Source of the DNA: the human T2T-CHM13v2.0 reference genome, Homo sapiens
Length of the DNA stretch: 64,000 bases
Assembly (NCBI RefSeq): GCF_009914755.1
Contig: NC_060947.1
Strand: one strand, 5' to 3'
Under the pieces are notes generated by a model. The model worked only from the letters and a program-made list of their open reading frames with translations, ran no database searches and was not told where the DNA came from. The stretch's first letter is position 1. Each line of letters opens with the position of its first letter. Of the stretch, positions 1 to 14,482 are shown in pieces. The translations under genes were made by a program, and so were the position numbers.

Positions 1-24
1 ACACTCTCTGTGGTACCAATTTCC

Positions 25-381
25 TGTATTACTTCATTCTCACACTGCTATAATGATACTATCCAAGACTGGGTAATTTATAAACAAAGGAGGTTTAATT
101 AACTCACAGTTCTGTATGGCTGTGGAGGCCTCAGGAAACTTATAATTATGGTAGAAGGGAAAGCAACCACGTCTTACATGGCATCAGGTGAGATAAAGTG
201 AGCAAGAGCAGGGAAAACTGCCTTATAAAAGTATCAGATCTTGTGAGAAGTCAGTCACTATCAGGAAAACAGCATGAGGGAAATAGGCCCTCATGAACCA
301 ATCATCAGGTGCCTCCCCCAACACTGGGAATTACAAATCAACATTAGATTTGGGTGGAGACAAAAAGGGAACCCACATTAC
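25..381 (-). mobile_element. MST/THE1-family MaLR LTR (5' LTR of a provirus continuing off the left edge)
   Basis: TGTATT...CACACTGCTATAA...GGGTAATTTATAAACAAAGGAGGTTTAATT...GGAGGCCTCAGGAAACTT is the reverse complement of an MST/THE1 LTR; preceded by GGTACCAATTT, the start of the MaLR internal region. Confidence 0.85.
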
Positions 382-429
382 TAGTTATAATAATGCATGA
401 ATCTATCTTAACAGCCTAGAATGAAAGAT

Positions 430-770
430 TGTCCTGCTGGCTTTAAAGAAGTTATCTGCTGTGTTGTTAAAAGGCCTGTGAACACCTGTAAGAGCTGAGA
501 GCAGCCCTCAGCTCACATTCAATAAGAAAATAGGAATCTCAGTACTACAACCCAATGAAACTGAATACTTTCACCAATCTGAAGGAGCTTAGAAGAGGGC
601 CACAAGCACAGGAAACATAACCTAACTAACATACCTTAATTACAGCCTCGTGAGACCTTGAGCAGAGGACTCAGCTAAGCAATTTCACCATTCCTGATCC
701 AAGGAAACAGTGGACTAATAAATGTAATGTTTTAACTAAGTTTGTGGTAATTTATTAGGTTGTAACCAAA
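430..770 (+). mobile_element. MLT1-family MaLR LTR fragment (old)
   Basis: CTGCTGGCTTTAAAGAAG...CAGCCTCGTGAGACCTTGAGCAGAGGACTCAGCTAAG...AATAAATGT...CTAAGTTTGTGGTAATTT matches the 3' half of MLT1 LTRs. Confidence 0.7.
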
Positions 771-1623
771 AAAAAAAAACCTGGTATAATGTCCTCTTTG
801 AAATTTTTAATATTTAGTTATATTTATTTATACATATATAATTTACAGAACACATAATATAATTATAATATATATCCCCTTTTTCTTTTATAACAGTCTA
901 CATTTTATTTGTTTGCTTTATTTTCTTTTCTGTTTTCTATCACTCCTCTTTATCAATCTATATTAACCTCACTCCAAAGGTAAAATTCTAATTCATAATT
1001 TTTAACAACTGTATAATATTAATAATATAAATATAATATTTTTGTGTGCTTATCCATTTAGATTTTTCATCTGTAAAATTCTCATTTATATAATTTGTTC
1101 ATTGTTCTATTCTATAAAATTTTCCTTGTAAATCTCTAACAACCCTTTTTTAATGAATAGGACACATTTTCTATCAACATTATAAGTACATCCTTCAAAA
1201 TCCATAGATTATTTACTAACATTATGGTAACATTTTATGTACAACAGTTTTAATTTTTTTGTATATTCAAATATATCTGATTTTGATTTTTTAAATATTT
1301 TTTGAAGGTTCTGAATTCTAGTATTGATCAAAAAATCACCCCAGCATCTCAGCTAGATTATAAAATGTGTATTAATTATTAGTAATAATATTTTGATACA
1401 CATTCAATCTGGAATGTATTTGAATATTATATATCTACTAGAAGCTTCACTACAATGCTAAATGACGCTGACAAGCTTTGTATCTGTGCTAGTACTCATG
1501 CTATCACTAAATAGTTTAACTTCTGTTCTCATTTTGCTTAGAGTCATTAAAAATGGCTATTGTATTATTTCATACAGCTTTAAACAATATTGATGAAATT
1601 ATACGTGTGTATATATATACCTA

Positions 1624-2160
1624 TAGTCATGCATTAATTAGAGACATGAATATGTTCTGATAAATGCATCACTAGGCAATTTTGTTGTGCATACTTCATA
1701 GACTGTACTTACACAAACCTAGTTGGTATACCCTACTACACATGGGGACTATATGTAATAGCATATTTCTCCTATGCTACAAACCTTTAGAAAATATTAG
1801 TGTACTCAATACTGTAGGAAATTATAGCAAAATGCTCAGAATTTGTGTATGTAAACATCTAAACAATGAAAATGTACAGTAAAATAATATATAAGTGATA
1901 AAATATGGTATACTTACATAGGGCATGTTCCATGAATGGAGCTTACAGGATTGAAATTTTCTCTGTGTGAGTCAGTAAGTGAGTAGTAAGTGAATGTAAA
2001 GGCCTAGGATATTACTGTACACTCCTGTAAATGTTATAAACACTGTACACTTAGGCTGCAGTAAATTTATAAATTTTTTTCCTTTAAATAATTAATTTTA
2101 GCTTATTAAATTTTCTTTATAAAATGTTTAATTTTTTTAACTTTTGGATTCTTTTTGACT
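1624..2160 (-). mobile_element. Tigger3 (Golem)-family DNA transposon fragment
   Basis: TA|TAGTCATGC terminus, then GTACTTACACAAACCTAG...CTCCTATGCTACAAACC...ATGAATGGAGCTTACAGG...GTGAATGTAAAGGCCTAGG...ACTGTACACTTAGGCT; homologous to the second copy at 7690. Confidence 0.85.
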
Positions 2161-2163
2161 GTA

Positions 2164-2237
2164 CATTCATGAACTGCATAATGAAAGTCAGTCAACAATA
2201 AACTGCATTTATGATGGGTGGGTCCCATAATATTATG
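2164..2237 (+). mobile_element. Tigger3 opposite terminus (~75 bp), inverted relative to the adjacent fragment
   Basis: CATTCATGAACTGCATAATG...GTCAACAATAAACTGCAT...GGTCCCATAATATTAT resembles the Tigger3 terminus CAGTCATGCGCCGCATAACG...GGTCCCATAAGATTAT; its reverse complement appears at ~9439-9508. Confidence 0.6.
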
Positions 2238-3139
2238 ATTTTCTAATGTCATAATTTTGAACAACCCATCTATGCTCAGAGGAGGGAAGGGGAGGCCTAC
2301 TTGATCTTAGTAAATTTTTATTTTAATATACTGCGGGAGTCTGTTTCATGCATTTTATATATAATTGTTGTTTCTACATTCATAAAGAAGAGTACCTTCA
2401 AGTTTTTAAATTATTTCAATGTTTTATTATTAATGTTATTTTTGCTTCATACTACTTTATTTTTTGTTAGCTTATCATAAAATTTTTAATAATATTTGAA
2501 TTATTTTCTATGTAAATTTTAGATAGAAGTATACTTGGAACATATCTTACCTTGATGTATTATTTAATGGCAGACACTCAAATTTTTTAACAATTTATTT
2601 TATGATAATGTATCCAAATAAATGTTTTACATCTCCAAGGGCAATTTTGGAAGATTACATTTTGATAAAAAGTAGCCTGTTTTCTCTATACTTTTGATTT
2701 ACTTGTACATAGTAGCATGTGGTATTTTCTTGTTATTATTTTCATATTTTCACGTAAATGTGTTATTGCTCTTTTTTAGTGTTTACTTACATGTTTAGCT
2801 CTTATATTGTGTTAATCTGGCTCATAAAGCATTTATTATATTTTTCAATGAATAAATTAGAGTGTGTTTTATCACAATAAAACCCTAGAAAGCAGTAATT
2901 CAAGTTGTCAGTGCTGCCAAATTAGCTCCAATGTATAATAACTTGGAATATCATTAGGTGAAAAATCACATTTAACTCTCAATTGTTTGATTAGTGTCTG
3001 CATATTGATATATCAGAAAAAATGCTATTAATCAAAATGCTTGAACCCATGTTTAGAACCACACAGTTTTCCTGAGAATCTCTTAATTCAAAGTGTCTTT
3101 TTTCACTTTGGAATTTGTTTCTCAATTTCACATTAGTAC

Positions 3140-5737
<2,598 letters not shown>

Positions 5738-5810
5738 AGTACTGATAGAAGTATTGAAGACATTGCTGTCTGCTACATCTAAATTACAACAAGCTTAAAA
5801 AGAGAAACTA

Positions 5811-6278
5811 GTCACAATAACAAAGCCATGAAATCAACCCAAATGCCCATCAATGATAGACTGGATAAAGAAAATGTGGAACATATACACTATGGAATAC
5901 TGTGCAGCCATAAAAAGGAATGAGATCATTTTCTCTGCAGGAACATGGATCAAGCTGACAGCCATTATCCTCAGCAAACTAACACAGGAACAGAAAACCT
6001 AATGCAGCCTGTTTTTAATAAGTGGGGCCTGAACGATGAGAACACATGGACACAGAAGGGGAAAAGCATACACTGGGGCCTGTTGGGGGAGGGCATGAGG
6101 TGGGAGAGCATTAGGGAAAACAGCTAATGCACACTGGGCTTAATATCTAGATGATGGGTCAATAAGTACAGCAAACCACAATGGCACCCATTTACCTATG
6201 TAACAAACCTGCACATCCTGCACATGTACCAAGGAACATAAGAAAATAAAATAAACAAAATAAAATAAAATAAAATAA
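5811..6278 (+). mobile_element. 5'-truncated L1PA 3' end (approximately L1PA10-13)
   Basis: ORF2 C-terminal AAGAAAATGTGGAACATATACAC..., 3' UTR GGGAGAGCATTAGG...GCTAATGC...CCTATGTAACAAACCTGCACATCC, (AAAAT)n tail. Confidence 0.85.
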
Positions 6279-6794
6279 CTAAAGGAAATTGGCTAGAGCA
6301 TGAACCAACGATTATCACTGAACAACTTTTCACATGAAGGAAAATAATAGTGATAAATAAATGAATAGCAAAATAATTAAAAATTCATTTATTAACTCAC
6401 ATAATGCTATTTTTAAGTGTTTTGAAACTTAAAAGAAAACATTTTAATTTCTAAAATTTCTACATTTACTGTACTTTTGTATTAACAAAAATAGTCTAAA
6501 GAAAAACTGTACAAATAAATTTCATTAAATGAAGATCCATGGGTATCTTTTAACCTACTACATATAGCATTTATAGTTTTCAGAAGAAACATTTGCATAT
6601 TTTATCTTATGGGAATGTGTAGCATATTGAGGACATAGGAAATTTAAAAAGATCTAACAACTAAACATTTTCAAAGATTTGCTAATTTCCTTTTATTACA
6701 ACACTTCTCTTAGTGAATCTTAAGATAAACAATCTTTTTCTTATTTGACAATTATGCCAGAAAATTGATAAAGTTCAAGTTTAGGGTTAAATAA

Positions 6795-7523
6795 TGTTAC
6801 AATCTCGCCAATGCACCAAGATGTAGCAGTCTCTCTTTGTGAAGTATCACTGAGAGTTATTTGTCTCATGACCAAGAGAATTAAGGAGTGTGGACACAAA
6901 AAATGAAGTTGGCGTGAAAGTTTGTAAGCAAAAGAAGAAAGTTCTCCACCAAGGACAGCAGGCCAGGAAGAAGGTTGTCCACTCTAAGTCAGGGTCCAGG
7001 GTTTTTATGGACTGGGAGGGGAAGGAAATACTGACTGATCTTAAAGGAAGCCTACTCAGCTTGGCTTGGGGCCTTGGCATGGGACCAATCAGTAGCTGAA
7101 GTAAAAGCTTAGCCCAGGACCTTGGCCTGGGACCAATCAGGAGTTGAAGCGAAAGTTTGGCCTGTACCTTGGCCTGGGACCAATCATTAGCTGAAGTGAT
7201 GATTCATAGTGGCTCTGCTCACAGTCCAAAGCATGTCCAGAAAATAAAAGAAAAGTGCCCACCAGAATCCACAGGAGCCCACCATGTACATGCCCATAAA
7301 ATGAAAAGAGACTATTTCCTGGAAACCCATGGGTTATACAAAGGAAAATGGCATTTCTATGTTGGGCCGTGTTCCTTTATCTGAGTGAGCTGAGGATTAG
7401 TGCAAATTACCCTATCTGTGCCTGCAGCCTGATTTTTCATGTTGTTTCTCTGTTTAAAGGAGTTTTGCCAAAGACCAGCTTTTCGCTGTCTGCCCAACTA
7501 AGTTTTCCTTTTTTCCTCCCTCA
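6795..7523 (-). mobile_element. ERV1 solo LTR (MER61/MER83-like; subfamily uncertain)
   Basis: TG...CA ends with 4-bp TSD ATAA (6791-6794 / 7524-7527); minus-strand start TGAGGGAGGAAAAAGGAAAAC...ATCAGGCTGCAGGCACAGATA; internal CCAAT repeats. Confidence 0.75.
7058..7200. repeat. Three ~47-bp tandem units inside the LTR, each with GGGACCAATCA
   Basis: CCTTGGC(A/C)TGGGACCAATCA...(C/T)TGAAG occurs three times. Confidence 0.8.
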
Positions 7524-8191
7524 ATAATATTACTATGTTATTTTTATATGACTGTTAAAGCAATGTTGTGTATTGAACTCTGGCTCAGACAAACCTGGTA
7601 TGTAATATTGGCTCAGTCTCTGATGAGTGAGATAATAGATGATGGATATGTATATAACAAATATATATATAACATATATTATATATATACAGTGTTATAT
7701 AGGTAAAAAACAGGGATACTTTTGGAGAAATGCTTCATTAGGTGATTTTGTGATTTTGTTGTTGTGTGAAAATCGGAGTGTATTTACACAAACCTAGGTG
7801 GTACAGCCTACTACACACCTAAACTATACTGTATAGCCCTATTTCTCCTAGGTTTCAAATTTGTGCAGAATGTTACTGTACTGAATATAATAGGTAATTA
7901 TAATGGTCAGTATTGTGTATCTAAAAACAGGGAAAGTACAGTAAAAAATATGGTATAAAGATTTTAACATGTTACACCTGCATAGGGCACTTACTATGAA
8001 TGAAGTTTGCAGGATGACAAGCTGCTCTAGGTGAGTCAATAAAGTAGTTAATTAAGTGAATGTGAAGGCCTTGGACACTACTGTATTCTCTTGTAGACTT
8101 TATGTACACTTAAGCCATGCTAACTTTATTTAAATTTTATTTTTGTTCCACAATAAATTAACCTTAGCTTACAGTAAGTTTCTTACTTTAG

Positions 8192-8509
<318 letters not shown>

Positions 8510-8910
8510 TAAAAAAGAATTTTGACACTTATAAACACTTTGCTTAAAACACAAACATACTGTAAAAGTGTATAAAAAAGTTTTTTTCTTTAGATCCTTA
8601 TTTTACAAGCTTTAAAATTTTTTTGAACTTTTAAAAATATTTTTGTTAAAAATGAAGACAAAAACTTACACGTTAGCCTCGGCCTACACAGGGTCAAGAT
8701 TATCAATATTACTATCTTCTTACTCCACATCTTGTCCCACTGGAAGGGCTACATGAGCAATAATATTCATAGATCTGTCATCTATGATAACAATGCATTT
8801 CTCTGGAATACCTCCCGATGGACCTGCCTGAGGATGTTTTATAGTTAACATTTTTTCTTTTTACAAGTAGAAGAAGTATACTCTAAAATAACAATTAAAA
8901 GTATAGTACT

Positions 8911-9217
<307 letters not shown>

Positions 9218-10215
9218 AAGTATAGTATTATAAATACATATACCAATAAAACAGTTGTTTATTATCAAGTGTTATGTACCATACACCATACATAATTGTA
9301 TGTGCTATTCTTGACTGGCAGTGCAATAGGTTTGTTTATACCAGCACCACCACAAACAAGTGAGTGATGTGTTGTGCTATGACATTAGGATGGCTATAAT
9401 CTCACCAGGTGATGGCAATCTTTCAGCTTCAGTTCTCTTATAATCTTATGTGACCACCATCATAATGCAATCCATCATTGATCAAAATGTCATAGAGCTC
9501 AAGACTTGTGTGTGTGTATTTGTGTGTGGACGTGTGCGTGTGTAAAATAAAACAGAAAGTTTCAAAGAAGGTTGCAGTGAGGATAGTGAGGATTAAATTT
9601 GAAATATATAACAATATGCCTGCTATGTATTAAGAACTATAATACTCTTATTTCTTTGTTTTCTTTCTCTTTCTAGTTAGTGTCCAAGAATTATGAGGAT
9701 ATGACTATTGCTATTTTCTTTGCATGATTTACATTGGATCTTGATACTCTGTAGCACCGTAGTACCACTATGGGAATAATTTATCTCGGATCTGCTGATT
9801 CAGTTGGGTCACTTTGAAAAAATAAATAAAAATAAAGATTGTTTCTCATCATTTCTACTTTCTACACTGTATGTCAAAGGAGGATAGAACTACCATTCAT
9901 GATCTGAAAACATAACAAAGTGGAGTTTACACTTTCTACAGTAAGGGAGTGATCTGCTCATCAGACACCATCTCTCCAAGCAGAGCAGATAGCTAATCTT
10001 GGATAGCTTTGAAGAAGTATGGAGTACAAGGATTGACTGGAAATCAGCGGTGTAATTAGCTTGTCATAATCTGTAGAAACTTTGTTACTTAGATGAAACT
10101 TATTTTTTTATTGACACTTCAAGGGATGTTTATCAGAATGAGGCTATCCCTGATTGACTGACTTTGAGAAGAAAAGAACAGGCATTGATTAGTTGGCTTA
10201 GAAAATTATTTTCAG

Positions 10216-10925
10216 TATAAAGGCAGACAAAAATTTAAGAATAAGAGACTGAATGCTCCCTCATGAAAATAAGGGCAGATGCTTCTTCCCAAAGCTTTGT
10301 TTCCGAATTTCTTTCTCTGTCCTTCTCAAATATTTGTGAATTTTTTAATGAATATGTTAGACTCTTCCCAGTCTCACAATTCAGGAATATTTCCTCAAGG
10401 AATTTGTATCCGAAGTTCTGAAATATTTCAGCCTCTTCCCAGTCTCACAACTAAGGAATGTTTCCACAAGGAACTTGTATCCATCGTTCTGAAATGCAAA
10501 CATCAAGGGAGATAGTGCTCATATTTCCCACTTTCTCTGGGGGGACAAGAGGCGAACTTCAGTGGGTATTTTGCTCCAATTTGCAGTAAGTTTATTTCCT
10601 CTCAGGGTAAAGCCAACACAGGGGTCTCTCCAATTACATGATAAAGTTAAGACAAACTATGTGTACAAAAGATGTTAAGTCCTCTTATTTGAAAACATTA
10701 TTATTTATCTGAAAAACATGTATATAGTGGGTTGTGTCTGTTTGGCTGCATAAGGGGGTGAGATTCCTTTCTGTCTTAAAATTGCTTAAAAGATTGCCTG
10801 TGATGGACATCACATTCTGCTTTAATGCCTATTCAATAAGAAAACTCTTTTCCTTCTCTATTACCTTTTTGGAGAGGTTTTCTGGGTTGGGAGAACATTT
10901 TGGTTTAAATTAAATTTCCCGAACA
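10216..10925 (+). mobile_element. ERV1 LTR, MER89-like
   Basis: 3' end GCCTGTGATGGACATCACATTCTG...CAATAAGAAAAC...GGAGAGGTTTTCTGGGTTGGGAGAAC...TTTCCCGAACA; internal duplication of CTTCCCAGTCTCACAA...TTGTATCC. Left boundary approximate. Confidence 0.6.
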
Positions 10926-11149
10926 CTACTCAGGTAGTTTTTGTTAAGTTTTTGGAGACTTAAAACCAGTTCTAATAGCTGCTTTTGATTATAGCTACAT
11001 AATAATTAGTATTTTACTAAGTTTGTAGTATTTTAAAAATTTGCACATACTTTCTGTTGCCACTGTGTAACATCATAGGCATTAGAGCTTAATCAACACA
11101 ACTGATTAAATTGTATCACACAACTATCAATTCAAACTTCCTGGGTCTG

Positions 11150-11492
11150 TGTCTTACACCATTTTCTGCTGCTATAACAGAATACTATAGACTGGGTAAT
11201 TTATAAGGAAAATAAGCTATTTTTACTCAAACTTCTGGAAACTAGGAAGTCCAAGAGCATAGTATTGGCATCTGCTGAGGGGCATTCCATGCTGAAAGTT
11301 AAGAGAGAAATAGACAATACATGAGACAAAGAGAAAGAGGAACCTGAACTACTGTAATAACTAACCCACTCCTGCAATAATGGCATAAATCTGCCTTCCC
11401 TGGGCACCTTTTCAAGGCCGTACCATTGAATTCAATTACATTGACAATTAAATTTCCACGTGAGTTTTGGAGGGAACATTCAAATCATAACG
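11150..11492 (-). mobile_element. MST (MSTC/MSTD-like) solo LTR
   Basis: TGTCTT...TGCTGCTATAACAGAATAC...GGGTAATTTATAAG...GGAAGTCCAAGAGCAT...TGAGTTTTGGAGGGAACATTCAAATCATA. Confidence 0.8.
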
Positions 11493-11876
11493 TTTTGATT
11501 GCTACTCTACACTTGCTAGTTATGTGATCATTAGCAAATTACCTTCTTTTCTATATTTCAGTATCCTTATCTGTCAACTACAAATACTAAAAGTTGCTAC
11601 TGCATAAGATTTTTTTGGGAAAATGCTATGCTATGTTACCAAATCCAAAGTAGTTGCATTAATTATGTTTATAATTAAATTAATTGCATAAAAATATATT
11701 AAATGTATAAAAATTTAGTATAATTAAATTATAATGATATCATTATTAAAATAGTATCTGACATATAATAAGGAGAACACATTGTGTTTACTAAATTAAA
11801 TAAATATTTTTAGGCTATATATTTTAAATCAGAATCTACAATTAATTTTTTATATCCCAATAGCACCTAATACTAA

Positions 11877-12421
11877 TGTGTGGACCCATTCAGGACCCCA
11901 GGGTTGGTATAAAAATTATTTTAGGCTGCAGAAATTTGAGATTCAACAAATACAAAAGGAAGCCCTTTTTGAGCTTCCCTTATAGAACTAAAACTTCAAC
12001 TTCTGGAAAATGAGACTTCCATATAGTCTCTTTAAGAACAGCCTACTCCCAACAGAAAGAATAACGATAAGCCTGCATAAACCCTTATTTAAAGAGATTT
12101 ATAACCCTGAAGAATATGGAAAGTCCACTCATTTATGTATAGAAAAATGTTGTTTCATTCGTTCTCCTAAAATCCCATTTTTTCCCTAAAGGGATCCGTG
12201 TTCTTCCCGTAAGAACCTTTCTTGCACCCTTCCATTTTCAGCTAAGTTAGGTATACAAGCTTCTAAGTTAAATTATTTAATGAACCACCTACTTCTTTGT
12301 TGACTTCTGTATACATACATATGAAACTTTTTCTCCCATTAATCTCTATTTTTCAGTTTAATTCACTGTCCTCCAGTTACAGAACATAAGAGGTAGAGGA
12401 AACATTTTTTTCTGCTTGATA
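11877..12421 (+). mobile_element. MER34-family ERV1 solo LTR
   Basis: 3' end TTAATCTC...CAGTTTAATTCAC...GAACATAAGAGGTAGAGGAAAC; 4-bp TSD CTAA (11873-11876 / 12422-12425). Confidence 0.7.
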
Positions 12422-13573
12422 CTAACGATTTTAAAAAGTACTTTATTTGTAGTTAAAGTCAACTTTACAGAGTATATAATGTTTATTCTAACTCAAAATT
12501 ATTTAATATAAATTAATAAGTGTGTATATTTCCAAGTAATGGCCAAAAGAATAAAAAGTAGTTCTGAAGCAACAAAATCATAATAGAACCAGGTAGTCAA
12601 TCATCATGTCTTAGCGTATCCAAAGACTTTCTGTATCAGAACATATGGGGGAATAAAAATTAATTTCAAAAAGGGATTTTTATGAAAATCATATGTAGCT
12701 TTGGCCTCAGAAATAATGGACAACTTTATAAGAAGCAATATTGCAAATTGGAAAAAGCTCAGTTTTTATTTTTAAGTTGAACCTATGTTCAAACATAAAC
12801 TATTCTGTATATTAATATTTCCAGAGTTTTAGATTTTGGCCATTCTAATAGGTATGTAGTAGTACCTCATGGTTATTTTAATTTAAATGACCCTGATGAC
12901 ATATGATGTGGTACATCTTTTCATATGCTTAACCTTAGGCTTTGTAGGCATATGAAAATTGTAATTCTTTGAAATTTACTTCTAATTTAAATTGAGTTAT
13001 TTTTGTAATCATTCCTAATGCTAATTTGTTTTCCTCAAACCAGGTCCTATTATAAATGATTCCCAGTCATCTTCCATCTCCCAAACCTGCCGATGCAACC
13101 TTAGCCTTTCTGCTTTCTTTCCAAGGTACCAAACCACTTGTGTGACAGTTGAAAACCCAGATGCTCTGTTTATATATTTTTTCAGATTATTAGTTACTAA
13201 AACGAAAGAAAACTGTCTCCTTCTCCTCAAGAGGAAATAATACACATTGAAATGGACTATGATTGGACTGTGTTCACAAATGAGGAAAGTCGTTATATTT
13301 AAACCAATCCAGGAAGGAGCTTCTGTCAAGAGGACCTGTACTCAATGAATCAATCAATGTATTTTTTTTCTACCCATCCCAGCCTAAGTGTGCTAATTAT
13401 TGTTTTGTGTCCCTGCAAAATATGGTTATCCAGAAAATAGCAGGAGTTCAAGCTTTAGATTTAGGCTTACAAGGAAGTAGAATAGAATGCCTATTGAATT
13501 TTAAGCCTAAGCTGCATTGGAGTGTGTGATAGGTGGTATTTAGGAGTGCCCTAGATAAGAATGAAAATGAATC

Positions 13574-14482
13574 TGTAATCCAAAAATAAAATCTTAGTCT
13601 CCCTAACTGACTAAGCAGACCCCTCTGGGCCAAGGGAACCTCAGAGAAACCTGAAAATTTGAATTGTAAGACATAATCGGAGGAGGTTGGGCACAACTTA
13701 TTATACCTCCTCCCTTTTGGACTTTAGGTTCAACTGACTAGCATTATCATTAAAACAGAGATCATAGGATTAACAAAACAGACTTTTTGCAGCAATAAGA
13801 TACTAATTTCTGACCTGACTCTGGTCCAGCATCATTTGGCAGATGACATATCCTGAAAAAAATGAAAATAATGTACCCCAAAATACATTTCTTTGACGTA
13901 TTTTGAAATGGCCTTATAAAGCCATTTTTGTTAGTGAAATTTGCATACGTAGAGAATCTCCATTAATGCAGGAAGACTTTCCTTTCTACGCCTTTCCCAG
14001 GTCTAGGAGAGAGTAAATGAGAGTCTGACACCCTTAAATTCTGAAAAGAGACATTTACCAACTATTCCCTATGAAGGCTGCTACCTATGAGACTTCATCT
14101 ACATAACAAAACCTTAACCTCCACAATCTCCCTTATCTTAAGTATTTCTTTCTAATTACTTCAAGTACTTAGACAAAACTTAACTTTCTCAACCAATTGA
14201 CAATTAGAGAATCTTTGAATTCACCTGTAACCCATAAACAACCCCCTTCAGCTTCAAAATATGCTCTTTAGGTAGTACCAATGTACACTTCCCATGTATT
14301 AATTTTCTAATTTTACCTACAATTCCCATTTTCCTAAATTGTATAAAACCAAATTCTAAGCCAACTTATTTAGGCACACTTTCTCAGGGCCTCTTGAGAC
14401 TGTTCCCTGAGCCATGGTCAGTCATATTAGCTAGGAATAAACCTCTTTAAATGTATTACAGAGTTTGGTTTTTCTATTAACA
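13574..14482 (+). mobile_element. MER4D-like ERV1 solo LTR
   Basis: TGTAATCCAAAAATAAAATC...GGCCAAGGGAACC...GAAACCTGAAAA start; GAATAAACCTCTTTAAATGTATTACAGAGTTTGG...TTAACA end. Confidence 0.8.

Noticed and set aside
7058-7200. Regularly spaced repeats as a CRISPR-like array
   Set aside because: Whole units are repeated with no unique spacers, inside an LTR of a eukaryotic genome with no cas genes.
13021-13329. 102-aa minus-strand ORF in apparently unique DNA
   Set aside because: Non-ATG start, no recognisable protein similarity and no convincing exon structure.
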